A stretch of DNA of 64,000 bases from an uncultured Gammaproteobacteria bacterium (GTDB lineage Bacteria > Pseudomonadota > Gammaproteobacteria > Enterobacterales > Succinivibrionaceae), in contig OMZC01000107.1 of the NCBI GenBank assembly GCA_900315395.1, positions 573 through 64,572 of the forward strand. Reading direction: 5' to 3'. A program made the translations under genes and the position numbers. Of the stretch, positions 7,686 through 17,460 are shown piece after piece. Below the pieces are notes generated by a model. That model had not been told where the DNA came from. It did no database searches and worked only from the letters and a program-made list of their open reading frames with translations. Each line of letters begins with the position of its first letter. The stretch's first letter is position 1.

Positions 7686-9434
7686 CTAATCGACCTTTAT
7701 GACGATCTCATCTTTTTTAGTCTCAACCTGAACTGGTGTTTCCTTTTTAAAAGCATCCTTTTGGATCTGTCTAATTCTAGCAAGTCTGTCCTCTTTACTC
7801 TCATCAGTTTTTGCTTGTGTCTTTGTACTCTTCAAAGACTGAGTTTCAGCTTTGACTGATTTTTCTGAGGATTTTTCTTTATTTGCCTCTGTTTTCTTTA
7901 CAGTTGAACTAGATTTTTCCTGCTGAGTAGATTTTTCCTGTTGATTAGTCTTTTTGATCTCAGCATTAGTTTTACTTTTAGCTATCTTATCCTTTTGTGA
8001 ATTGTTATCACTTACAGAAGTCTTTTTAGTGTTTGTTTTATCTGATTTTTCAGAACTCTTAGTTGGAGCTTTGCTCTGAGAATCAGTCTTTCTCTGAGAG
8101 TCAGTCTTGCTGTTAGTTGCCTTCTTTAAAGACTCTTTGGTGGTATCAGAACTATCCTTATTTGCAACACTGTTTTTATTTACAGCATTGTCTTTAGTGT
8201 CGTCGCTCTTACTCTTCTCAGATGTAGTATCTGCCTTATTATTAACACCAGAATTATTGTTCTGAGCTTCATTTTCAGCTTCAATTAACTCGTCCTGGCT
8301 TGAATCAGCAATCTGCTGTTGCTTTAAGTAATCTGATACTTTCTTTCTGTATGACTGTACTGCTTTGTTGTGCTCATCTAAAGTACTGCTAAAAGAGTGG
8401 CCTTCTTTTGGAGATACACCTTTTGCAACAAAGTACAAAGCCTTTGAGTCCTCAGGATGTAGCGCTGCATGAATAGATTTTTCCTGAGGCATACAAATAG
8501 GAGTAGGAGGCAGACCGGCTCTTGTATAGGTATTGTATGGGGTATCTGCTTTTAAGTGCTTTTTGGTAAGCTTACCTGTAAAGTTGGAACTTACGCCGTA
8601 CATCACAGCAGGATCAGTTTGCAAACGCATCTGATTTTGTAATCTGTTTTTAAATACAGATGAAACCTTACTGCGCTCTTCATCTAAGAAAGTTTCCCTT
8701 TCAATTAAGGATGCAAGAATTAAAGCTTCATAAGGAGTCTTGATAAAATCATTAGGATCACGATTTTCCCATTCTTTTTTTAAGATCTTAACCTGATTTA
8801 TCATGCCTCGTTTAAAGAGGTTGTATAGAGGAGATTTCTCATACATAGGATAAGTAGCAGGAGCTACTAGTCCTTCAAAATTATCTTTTGGACCACCGAT
8901 AAACTCTAAAAGATCAGGATGCTCAGAGAATACATCCTCCATAAACTTTTTATGATCTTTTATAAGTGAATAGAATTTCTTGTCATCAACCTTACGCTTG
9001 CTGATGTTGTTTAAGATCTTTGATAAATTAGCGCCCTCTACCACAGTAAAGGTAGGATAGATCTTCTCGACCACATTACCTGCAACCATGTCTTTTAAGA
9101 TATCTAAAAGACTCTTTTTACCATCCACTAGGTACTGACCTTTTTGTACCGCTGAGTACTCCTTGTGGAAGCGTAAATACATATGATCGATTTGCTTTTC
9201 GATTGGATTAGTTACGAACGCATTAACCACAGTTGATGCGTTATCTCCGGTCTTTAAAGAATAAAGCTGCTCTTTATAGATTGCAGGAGACTTCTGAAAT
9301 GAGCTGATTGATAAGTAAACGACAACACAAAATCCACCTATTGTCACTACTATTAAAGCTAGACAAATCAACAATAGACGGCGATACCGTTTGAGAACAC
9401 TACTGTTCTTATTATTTGAATTTAACTGACTCAT
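7686..9434 (-). CDS. mltG: Endolytic murein transglycosylase MltG (YceG family) with a ~210-aa low-complexity C-terminal extension
   Basis: N-terminal TM helix and a YceG core (LASLIERET, LQTDPAVMYG, YNTYTRAGLPPTPICMP). Residues from about 373 to 582 are K/S/T/E/D-rich. Confidence 0.85.
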   Translation of the reverse strand: MSQLNSNNKNSSVLKRYRRLLLICLALIVVTIGGFCVVVYLSISSFQKSPAIYKEQLYSLKTGDNASTVVNAFVTNPIEKQIDHMYLRFHKEYSAVQKGQYLVDGKKSLLDILKDMVAGNVVEKIYPTFTVVEGANLSKILNNISKRKVDDKKFYSLIKDHKKFMEDVFSEHPDLLEFIGGPKDNFEGLVAPATYPMYEKSPLYNLFKRGMINQVKILKKEWENRDPNDFIKTPYEALILASLIERETFLDEERSKVSSVFKNRLQNQMRLQTDPAVMYGVSSNFTGKLTKKHLKADTPYNTYTRAGLPPTPICMPQEKSIHAALHPEDSKALYFVAKGVSPKEGHSFSSTLDEHNKAVQSYRKKVSDYLKQQQIADSSQDELIEAENEAQNNNSGVNNKADTTSEKSKSDDTKDNAVNKNSVANKDSSDTTKESLKKATNSKTDSQRKTDSQSKAPTKSSEKSDKTNTKKTSVSDNNSQKDKIAKSKTNAEIKKTNQQEKSTQQEKSSSTVKKTEANKEKSSEKSVKAETQSLKSTKTQAKTDESKEDRLARIRQIQKDAFKKETPVQVETKKDEIVIKVD

Positions 9435-9592
9435 AAGTAAGATTATAGATGATAATTTTGAGTTTAGTTATCAAGAAATCAAAAATATCATCTACAGGTG
9501 AATTGACGTTGCAAAGATAATTAGACAGGTTGCTGTTGCAATGTGTTTTATCAAACAGGCTATTCATCAAGATAGCTATCTTATCAGGTTAC

Positions 9593-10984
9593 CTATTTGT
9601 TATCCTCGTCTGCGTCCTTATAGAACTTGTCATGATTGGTGTCTAAAACTTCATTGGCTCTGTGAAGTAAGTTTTTAAGCTCACGACCATCTTCAATAGA
9701 ATTTGAGTAACCTAAAAGCACAGACTGTTTTACAGCATAGTTATTTGCATAAACAGTGGTACTCATCTCTGATTTAATATCAGAGCAGATCTTCTCAACA
9801 TCCACAGCACTCTTGATGTTGTCCAAGAAGATAAAGAACTCAGCACCCAAACGGCAGATCTTGTCGTTATAGCCGATTACAGAATGCAATCTCTTGGTAA
9901 TTTCAATTAAAAGTTCATCACCAGTCTTATAACCAAAGATGTTGTTAACCTGTTTAAAGTGAACCAACTCGACAATGATAATGCCAAATTCTTTGTCCTT
10001 TTCAGCTAGATGCTCGTTTACGAAATTAGTAAAGGTGTCATGGTTAATGGTACCTGTCAGTACATCGTAAGTTCTAACAGAGGTCAGTGAGAAAGCAGTC
10101 TTTACAAAGAACATCACTACTACTAAGGTGATGATGTATAAAGAGAACATTACAGCATAGAACAACTGGAAGTATCTGCTTGCAAGATTGCCCTCTTTTA
10201 CCTTTAAAGCTAAATCCCAACGCTGTTTACCAAAGAACAGAGATTTTTGTCTGGTGTTAACGCTCTTACGTTTAAAGAGCTTGTTATCACCCCAGATAAA
10301 ATCACTGGTACCTTTAAATACTGATGATCTGATACCATAAACAAATAACTCGTCTTCAACGTTCAGGCGTACGCATTCTAGGAATTTGTAGAAATCGGCA
10401 CATAAACCAACATAGCCCCAGTACTTACCATTTACATATACAGCCTGACGGTTATATACCAGAACCTGATGGTTACGTGGAGAAATCAATGGTCCCTGTA
10501 CCACCACGTCACCAGGGTTATTCTTGGCTAATTTTAAGTAGTACTCTGAATTAGGATCATTAAAAAATGCAATGTCAGGAGAATTTGTCTTACTAACAGG
10601 ATATGTAACCGAGATCATATCCTCTGGTGCGATGACATATGCATATACGAAATCGGTGTTCTTTCGATTAAAGAAAGAGGTTAAATCACGAGGCATTAAA
10701 ACAGTCTTTACGAAATCTTCCATCTGTTTTAATGAATCATTTGGATGAGCTTCAATATAAGCTGCCAGTTTATTGGTGTGCTGGAAGATAATGTCATAGT
10801 CCTTTACCATCTCGTTTGAAAGGTTAATCATTCTTTCAACACCAATGGCATGGTTCTTTTCATCTACAACTTTTACTAAGGTTCCGCTCAAGTATAAAGT
10901 TGCAAGTAAAAAGCAGGCACTTGTGAGCGCGAATGCTCCCAAGAAAACGAGTTTTTTATAGTATTTAGCTAAGATTATTTCCAT
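9593..10984 (-). CDS. Membrane sensor protein with a periplasmic domain and a degenerate GGDEF domain
   Basis: TM helices at about 12-32 and 272-295 with a ~240-aa periplasmic domain between them. C-terminal GGDEF fold (DVLTG...FKQVNN..GYKTGDELL...) whose signature reads RLGAEFF (9833-9853). Confidence 0.7.
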   Translation of the reverse strand: MEIILAKYYKKLVFLGAFALTSACFLLATLYLSGTLVKVVDEKNHAIGVERMINLSNEMVKDYDIIFQHTNKLAAYIEAHPNDSLKQMEDFVKTVLMPRDLTSFFNRKNTDFVYAYVIAPEDMISVTYPVSKTNSPDIAFFNDPNSEYYLKLAKNNPGDVVVQGPLISPRNHQVLVYNRQAVYVNGKYWGYVGLCADFYKFLECVRLNVEDELFVYGIRSSVFKGTSDFIWGDNKLFKRKSVNTRQKSLFFGKQRWDLALKVKEGNLASRYFQLFYAVMFSLYIITLVVVMFFVKTAFSLTSVRTYDVLTGTINHDTFTNFVNEHLAEKDKEFGIIIVELVHFKQVNNIFGYKTGDELLIEITKRLHSVIGYNDKICRLGAEFFIFLDNIKSAVDVEKICSDIKSEMSTTVYANNYAVKQSVLLGYSNSIEDGRELKNLLHRANEVLDTNHDKFYKDADEDNK

Positions 10985-11280
10985 TGACTACTTATTATTC
11001 ACACACAAAAATTCACTTACATTGTAACCTAACTATTAGTTTTATCGATAAAACCATACAAGTTTTGTAGCTCATAGCTCAAAAATTTCATATTTGTATA
11101 ATCTAATTAACATTTCAGAGCTAGAACAAAGCTAAAAAACTAAAACTACCTTCCCATTATGTACTTACATTGTTAAGAAATTACTTTTACTCATTTGATA
11201 AGATGAGAGAAAGCGCAAAAAGTGTTAAAATAATCAAAATTTTTTGCACTTATAAAAATAGATTTCAAGGCATTTTTACT

Positions 11281-14151
11281 ATGGATATGGAAAAGACCTA
11301 TACCCCTGAGAATTTTGAAAGCTCTATTTACCAGAAATGGGAAAAAGAAGGCTTCTTTAGACCAAATTATGATGAATCAAAGGCATCATACTCAATTGCA
11401 TTACCTCCTCCTAATGTAACGGGTTCTTTACACATGGGTCACGCTTTCCAGCAGACCATCATGGATACCTTAATCAGATACCACAGAATGAAGGGTGACA
11501 ACACCTTATGGCAGTGCGGTACTGACCATGCTGGTATCGCAACTCAGATGGTTGTTGAGAGAAAGCTAGCTAAAGAAGAGAATTTAACCAGACACGATTT
11601 AGGTCGTGAAAAGTTCATTGAAAGAATTTGGAAATGGAAAGAGCAGTCAGGTGGCACTATCACCCGTCAGATGAGACGTTTAGGTGCTTCTGTAGACTGG
11701 ACTCGTGAAAGATTTACCATGGACGAAGGTCTTTCAAAGGCAGTACTAGAAGTTTTCGTAAGACTATATGACGAGGACTTAATTTATCGCGGTAAGAGAC
11801 TGGTTAACTGGGATCCTAAACTGCGTACTGCTATTTCAGATCTTGAAGTTGAGAACAAAGACGTTAAAGGCTACATGTGGTACATCAAGTACAAGTTAGC
11901 TGACGGTGTTAAGACTTCAGATGGTAAAGATTACGTTTTAATTGCAACCACCAGACCTGAAACCTTATTAGGTGATAGCGCTGTGGCTGTTAACCCTTCA
12001 GATGAAAGATTTAAGTCAATCGTAGGTAAGTACTTAGAGTTACCTTTAGTTGGCAGAAAGATCCCTGTTGTTGCAGATATCCACGCAGACATGACCACAG
12101 GTACTGGTTGCGTTAAGATCACCCCTGCTCATGACTTCAACGACTATGCTGTAGGTAAGAGACAGAAGCTACCTATGTTAAACATCCTGACTGAGGATGC
12201 TCACATTAGAGATGCTGCTGAAGTTTTCGATACTAACGGTAATCCTACAGATGAGGTTTCAGACTATATTCCTGAAGCTTACAGAGGCTTAGACAGATTT
12301 GAAGCTCGTGACAAGATTGTTGAGGACTTAAAAGCTCTAGGTCTTTTAGATCATATCGAAGATCACAACTTATCACAGCCTTTTGGTGACCGTGGCGGTG
12401 TGCCAATTGAACCTATGTTAACCGATCAGTGGTATGTTCGTGCTAGCGTATTAGGCAAGCCTGCTATCGAAGCTGTAAAAGATGGCAGAATTAAGTTTGT
12501 TCCTGCTCAGTACACCAATATGTACTACTCATGGATGAACGACCTTCAGGATTGGTGTATTTCTCGTCAGTTATGGTGGGGTCACAGAATTCCTGCATGG
12601 TACGATGAGAACGGTAAAGTTTACGTTGCTCATAACGAAGAAGAAGTTCGTACTAAGTACAACCTGTCAGCTGATGTAAAACTAACAAGAGATCCTGATG
12701 TTCTAGATACTTGGTTCTCATCTGCTCTATGGACCTTCTCAACCTTAGGTTGGCCTGAGAATACCAAAGAGTTAAAGATGTTCCACCCAACTTCAGCTCT
12801 TGTAACCGGCTTTGATATTATCTTCTTCTGGGTTGCTCGTATGATCATGATGACCATGCACTTCATGAAAGATGAGAACGGCAATCCACAGGTACCTTTC
12901 AAGACTGTATATGTAACCGGCCTTATCAGAGATGAGGAAGGTAACAAGATGTCTAAGTCTAAGGGTAACGTCTTAGATCCTTTAGACATGATTGACGGTA
13001 TTGATAAAGATACCTTAATCACTAAGCGTACTGCTAACATGATGCAGCCTCAGATGGCTGAGAAGATTGCAAAGCGTACAGCTAAACAGTTCCCTGATGG
13101 TATTGCTCCACATGGTACCGATGCACTACGTTTCACTCTCTGCGCTCTAGCTTCAAACGGTCGTGACATCAACTGGGATATGAAACGTCTTGATGGTTAC
13201 AGAAACTTCTGTAACAAGATCTGGAACGCTTCACGTTTCGTACTCATGAACGTAGGTGAAATGAAGTTAACTAAGCCTAATGCATCTGACTTGTCTCTAG
13301 CTGATAAGTTCATCCGTTCAAAGATGAGAAAGGCTATTGAGGATGTAACCGCATCAATCAATGCTTATAGATTCGATCAGGTTGCAACTAATATCTACGA
13401 GTTCATCTGGAACGAGTACTGCGACTGGTACTTGGAGTTCACCAAGGCTATCTTAAAGTCAGATACAGCAACAGATGCTCAGAAGAACGCTACAGCTTAC
13501 ACCTTAGTTGAGGTACTAGAGGCTGTAATGAGACTAGCTCATCCTGTAATGCCATTCTTAACTGAGACCATCTGGCAGCAGACCGCTCCTATGGTTGGCA
13601 AGTTAAATCAGGATAAGACCATCATCAACGCACCTTACCCTGTTGTTTCAGACTTTGATGCTGACAAAAATGCAGAAAAAGACATCGCATTCATCAAGGA
13701 CTTTGCTACAACAGTTCGTAACTTACGTGCTGAAATGAAGGTTGCTCCTTCTGTAACCTTAGCTCCTATGATGCGTGGTGCTTCAGATGCTGAGAAGGCT
13801 TGCGCAGAAGCTAACTTCATCTTCATGAAAGACTTAGCTAATATCACTCCTGTTAAGTTCGTAGGTCAAAACGACGAATTACCTCCTTGTGTTGCTAAAC
13901 CTATGGGCAATGCAGAAATTCTGTTTGCAATGACCGATGTTGTTAATAAGGATGAAGAGATCAAGCGTCTAAAAGGCATGATTGCTAAACTTGAAGGCAA
14001 CATCAAGTCAGGTGAGAGCAAGTTATCTAACGAGGCTTTCGTATCTAAGGCTCCTGCTAAGATCATTGAAGGCGCTAAGGCTCAGTTAGAGCTTAACAAG
14101 ACTCAGTTAGCTAAAGTACAGGCTCAGCTAAAAGAAATGGAAAATCTCTAA
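11281..14151 (+). CDS. valS: Valine--tRNA ligase
   Basis: Motifs [14 protein letters not shown] (HIGH) and KMSKSKGN (KMSKS), with a C-terminal coiled coil. The start is set at [13 protein letters not shown] (11281); the track start at 11170 is a TTG extension. Confidence 0.95.
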   Translation: MDMEKTYTPENFESSIYQKWEKEGFFRPNYDESKASYSIALPPPNVTGSLHMGHAFQQTIMDTLIRYHRMKGDNTLWQCGTDHAGIATQMVVERKLAKEENLTRHDLGREKFIERIWKWKEQSGGTITRQMRRLGASVDWTRERFTMDEGLSKAVLEVFVRLYDEDLIYRGKRLVNWDPKLRTAISDLEVENKDVKGYMWYIKYKLADGVKTSDGKDYVLIATTRPETLLGDSAVAVNPSDERFKSIVGKYLELPLVGRKIPVVADIHADMTTGTGCVKITPAHDFNDYAVGKRQKLPMLNILTEDAHIRDAAEVFDTNGNPTDEVSDYIPEAYRGLDRFEARDKIVEDLKALGLLDHIEDHNLSQPFGDRGGVPIEPMLTDQWYVRASVLGKPAIEAVKDGRIKFVPAQYTNMYYSWMNDLQDWCISRQLWWGHRIPAWYDENGKVYVAHNEEEVRTKYNLSADVKLTRDPDVLDTWFSSALWTFSTLGWPENTKELKMFHPTSALVTGFDIIFFWVARMIMMTMHFMKDENGNPQVPFKTVYVTGLIRDEEGNKMSKSKGNVLDPLDMIDGIDKDTLITKRTANMMQPQMAEKIAKRTAKQFPDGIAPHGTDALRFTLCALASNGRDINWDMKRLDGYRNFCNKIWNASRFVLMNVGEMKLTKPNASDLSLADKFIRSKMRKAIEDVTASINAYRFDQVATNIYEFIWNEYCDWYLEFTKAILKSDTATDAQKNATAYTLVEVLEAVMRLAHPVMPFLTETIWQQTAPMVGKLNQDKTIINAPYPVVSDFDADKNAEKDIAFIKDFATTVRNLRAEMKVAPSVTLAPMMRGASDAEKACAEANFIFMKDLANITPVKFVGQNDELPPCVAKPMGNAEILFAMTDVVNKDEEIKRLKGMIAKLEGNIKSGESKLSNEAFVSKAPAKIIEGAKAQLELNKTQLAKVQAQLKEMENL

Positions 14152-14172
14152 TTTTTTGATTAGAATTTAGAT

Positions 14173-14212
14173 AAAGCCTCAGTAACCTCTAAGGTTTCTG
14201 AGGCTTTTGTTT
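14173..14212 (+). terminator. valS intrinsic terminator
   Basis: AAAGCCTCAG (14173-14182) pairs with CTGAGGCTTT (14198-14207), followed by TTTTGTTT. Confidence 0.75.
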
Positions 14213-14239
14213 ATGTACGAACAAAACCGTCAAGCCGAG

Positions 14240-14632
14240 ATGTTGATGAAAAAACTGCTATCTACCCTGCTTTTATCTTTTCTCTTATTGTTTTCAGCAT
14301 CCTCTTTTGCTGAGACTGATAACTACTTATGCTCTCGCTATAACAAGCTTAAGATTAAGAATGTAGAAAAAGTACTGGCTGTGGGTATCAGACGCGTTTA
14401 TACCTCATCTGTATCTGTCTACGTCTTAGGTTATGGCACACCTATTAAGGTAAGTCTAAACCGTATTAAGTTAGGCTCAGATGAAGTTGCTAAAAGACGT
14501 GTTCTAAAATGCGGTGATGAAATTGTAGGTCAAATTCGAGTTTATGATCTGTCAAATCTTGGGGTGAAAGTAGGTGAGTTTGTAATTGAAAGTGGAGACA
14601 AGAAAGTCTCCACCTATATTGAAATTAACTAG
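14240..14632 (+). CDS. Small secreted hypothetical protein (signal peptide MKKLLSTLLLSFLLLFSASSFA)
   Basis: The ORF has a clear Sec signal peptide. The track start at 14207 lies inside the valS terminator, so the start is probably 14240 or 14246. I recognise no family. Confidence 0.5.
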   Translation: MLMKKLLSTLLLSFLLLFSASSFAETDNYLCSRYNKLKIKNVEKVLAVGIRRVYTSSVSVYVLGYGTPIKVSLNRIKLGSDEVAKRRVLKCGDEIVGQIRVYDLSNLGVKVGEFVIESGDKKVSTYIEIN

Positions 14633-14656
14633 TAGTTAATTAAAACTTGAGCTCTA

Positions 14657-15928
14657 TTAAACCTTAGCTAGAGCTGCATCAAGATCTGCAATGATATCCT
14701 CAAGATCTTCAAGACCTACTGACAGACGTACTAAGCCTGGAGTAATACCACACTCAATTAACTGAGCATCAGATAACTGTCTGTGAGTTGAGGTAGCAGG
14801 ATGTAACAGACAGGTTCTGATATCTGCTACATGTACTTCAGGAGATGACATTACTACACTGTCAATAAACTTCGCACCAGCTTCTCTACCACCTTTAATT
14901 ACAAGTGATAAAACGCCTGAGCATAATCCATCCTTTAAGTACTTCTGACCTAACTTATAATCAGGATTTGACTCAAGGCCTGGGTAAATTACCTTTTCAA
15001 TCTTAGGATGTGACTCTAAGTGCTTAGCAACAGCTAAAGCATTTTGTGAGTGCTTTACAATTCTCAATGGTAAAGTTTCAATACCTAAATTTAAGTAGAA
15101 AGCGCCCTGTGCTGTCTGACAGCAACCTAGATCACGCATGATCTGCACTCTTGCTTTAACAATGAATGCAGCCTTGCCAAAAGTCTTGGTGTAAATCAGA
15201 CCGTGGTATGAGTCATCAGGAGTTGTAAACTCTGGGAATTTACCAGATGCAGCCCAATCAAAATTACCGCTGTCAACCACGCAACCGCCTACCTGTACAG
15301 CATGACCGTCTAAGTACTTGGTAGTTGAGTGAACCACGATATCAGCACCAAACTCAAATGGTTTGCATAAGCATGGAGTTGCGAAGGTGTTATCTACAAT
15401 CAGAGGTAAATGGTGCTTGTGAGCAAGCTTTGCAAATCTTTCAATATCAAAGATAGTTAAAGCAGGATTTGCAATGGTCTCACCAAAGACTGCTTTGGTG
15501 TTCTCTTTTATCTTTGCTTCGATTTCTTCATCTGACTCTGACTGTTCAAAGAAGGTTACATCAATACCCATTCTCTTGAAGGTAACAGCCATCAGGTTGA
15601 AGGTACCACCATATACAGTTGAGCTACATAGGATGTGATCACCTGCTTTGGCAATAGTAAGCACAGCAGTTAAGGTTGCAGCCTGACCTGATGAGGTTAG
15701 CATTGCACCTACGCCACCTTCTAGAGCAGCAATTTTTTCTTCAACATGACCGCAAGTTGGGTTGCCAAGTCTTGTGTAGAAATAGTCAGCTGTCTTTAAA
15801 TCAAAAAGATCTGCAATAGCTTTGGTGCTATCAAAACGGAAGGTTGTGCTTTGCACAATTGGCATCACACGAGGACCAGCATTTTTAGGGGTATAGCCTG
15901 CGTGCAAGCATTTAGAAGAGTCTTTCAC
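14657..15928 (-). CDS. metY: O-acetylhomoserine sulfhydrylase / aminocarboxypropyltransferase (PLP-dependent, MetY type), GTG start
   Basis: Cys/Met-metabolism PLP family: N-terminus HAGY...IVQSTTF, YTRLGNPT, and the PLP lysine in STTKYLDGH. AAGGAG lies 6 nt upstream of the GTG. Confidence 0.85.
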   Translation of the reverse strand: MKDSSKCLHAGYTPKNAGPRVMPIVQSTTFRFDSTKAIADLFDLKTADYFYTRLGNPTCGHVEEKIAALEGGVGAMLTSSGQAATLTAVLTIAKAGDHILCSSTVYGGTFNLMAVTFKRMGIDVTFFEQSESDEEIEAKIKENTKAVFGETIANPALTIFDIERFAKLAHKHHLPLIVDNTFATPCLCKPFEFGADIVVHSTTKYLDGHAVQVGGCVVDSGNFDWAASGKFPEFTTPDDSYHGLIYTKTFGKAAFIVKARVQIMRDLGCCQTAQGAFYLNLGIETLPLRIVKHSQNALAVAKHLESHPKIEKVIYPGLESNPDYKLGQKYLKDGLCSGVLSLVIKGGREAGAKFIDSVVMSSPEVHVADIRTCLLHPATSTHRQLSDAQLIECGITPGLVRLSVGLEDLEDIIADLDAALAKV

Positions 15929-15988
15929 TTGTGTCTCCTTAAAGTACTCAAATGGCTTAAAAGCCAGGTATTATCTTACCTTTAAGGT

Positions 15989-16927
15989 TTAAATACTTAC
16001 TTCCTTTGGTAATGGGAAGCTTTTTTCTTTTAAATCGCAGCCAAATTCTTCAACATTGACTGCTCCATGGGCACATAAAAACTCAACAATTTCAGACACA
16101 ACATATTCAGGAGCTGAAGCGCCAGCACTGATACCTACAGATGAGACATTCTCAAACCATTTAAGATCGATCATAGAACTGTCATCAATCAGGTATGCAT
16201 TAGTACCTTCACTAATAGCTACTTCCTTTAGTCTGTTTGAATTTGATGAATTAGAACTGCCTGCAATTAACACGAGATCACAGACTTTTGCTAAGTCACG
16301 CACCGCGTTCTGTCGAACCTGAGTTGCTCTACAGGTATCGTCAGCCTTTGGGCCGATTATTTTTGGATACTTTTTCTTTAAAGCTTCAACTACATGACGG
16401 GTCTCATCTACGCTTAAAGTAGTCTGAGTTGCAAAAAAGGCATTGTCTCCATCAATATTTAAAGCTTCAATATCTTGAATTGAATTTACTACATGAACCT
16501 TATCAGGTGAGCCTGTATATTGTCCAATAGTACCTACTACTTCCTGATGTCCCTTGTGACCGATAACTACCACATCCTGATTGTTATTACCTGCCCTATT
16601 CATTTTTTTATGAATAGCAGTAACAACTGGACAGGTAGCATCGATTACTTTAACACCTAAAGCTTTAGCTTCATTTTCAGTCTTAATGCCAACACCGTGT
16701 GCTGAAAAAATTAACACACAGCCATGAGGTACTTCTGAAAGTGTTTCAACAAAGTGAGCACCTGCCTTTCTTAAATCATCCACAACATGCTTGTTGTGAA
16801 CTACTTCATGCAGAACCCAAACTTTGTTTTGACCATACAGTTCTATAGCTTTTTGAACTACGCTGATGGCGCGCTCAACACCTGCACACATGCCTCTTGA
16901 TTTGGCAATCTTTAACTGAAATGACAT
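15989..16927 (-). CDS. ispH: 4-hydroxy-3-methylbut-2-enyl diphosphate reductase
   Basis: Motifs GMCAGVERA, HEVVHN and SAHGV, in the conserved lspA-ispH context. Confidence 0.93.
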   Translation of the reverse strand: MSFQLKIAKSRGMCAGVERAISVVQKAIELYGQNKVWVLHEVVHNKHVVDDLRKAGAHFVETLSEVPHGCVLIFSAHGVGIKTENEAKALGVKVIDATCPVVTAIHKKMNRAGNNNQDVVVIGHKGHQEVVGTIGQYTGSPDKVHVVNSIQDIEALNIDGDNAFFATQTTLSVDETRHVVEALKKKYPKIIGPKADDTCRATQVRQNAVRDLAKVCDLVLIAGSSNSSNSNRLKEVAISEGTNAYLIDDSSMIDLKWFENVSSVGISAGASAPEYVVSEIVEFLCAHGAVNVEEFGCDLKEKSFPLPKEVSI

Positions 16928-16929
16928 TC

Positions 16930-17451
16930 CTATTTACTCTCTTTATTATCTTTATTCTCTTTACCAAAGAAACCGATGATAATGAGTAAACCGGCTCCAC
17001 AGCAAACTGCAATATCTGCTACGTTGAATGCTGGGTAGTAATAGGAGAATGAGTCTGTCTTAATGTAGAACAACAGAAAATCTACTACATAAGACAAACA
17101 AACTCTGTCGATAAGGTTGCCTAAGGCGCCACCAATCACAAGAGAAATTGCAAGACAAGTCCACTTTTTCTCTTTATGAGTGCGCAATAGAGCGATGAAC
17201 AGAACAATGCTGATGGCAACAGCTATCAGCATAAAGAAATACCTCTGCCAGCCGCCGCTTGAAGCTAGAAAACTAAAAGCAGCTCCTTCATTATGAACAT
17301 GAATGATATCAAAGAAAGGAGCTACCCTGTAGCCGATTGAGTTTACAGGGATAGTGCTAACAATCAGGTATTTTGTAAGTTGATCTAAGACAACTACAAG
17401 CAAGCTCCATAAAAGGAACTTGCTTCCATTGTTTTTTACGATAAATGACAT
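16930..17451 (-). CDS. lspA: Lipoprotein signal peptidase II
   Basis: Four TM helices, motifs NEGAAFSF and FNVADIA, positioned between ileS and ispH. Confidence 0.92.
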   Translation of the reverse strand: MSFIVKNNGSKFLLWSLLVVVLDQLTKYLIVSTIPVNSIGYRVAPFFDIIHVHNEGAAFSFLASSGGWQRYFFMLIAVAISIVLFIALLRTHKEKKWTCLAISLVIGGALGNLIDRVCLSYVVDFLLFYIKTDSFSYYYPAFNVADIAVCCGAGLLIIIGFFGKENKDNKESK

Positions 17452-17460
17452 AATGTATCT

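Noticed and set aside
11170-11280. N-terminal extensions in the longest-ORF calls (valS from 11170, accA from 26879, rpsT from 21520, nqrA from 54757, lptG from 3246, map from 41965, xseB from 60499, binding protein from 23523)
   Set aside because: The extensions begin at TTG or upstream in-frame codons. They add residues absent from well-known orthologue N-termini. Internal ATG/GTG codons with better SDs align with the canonical starts.
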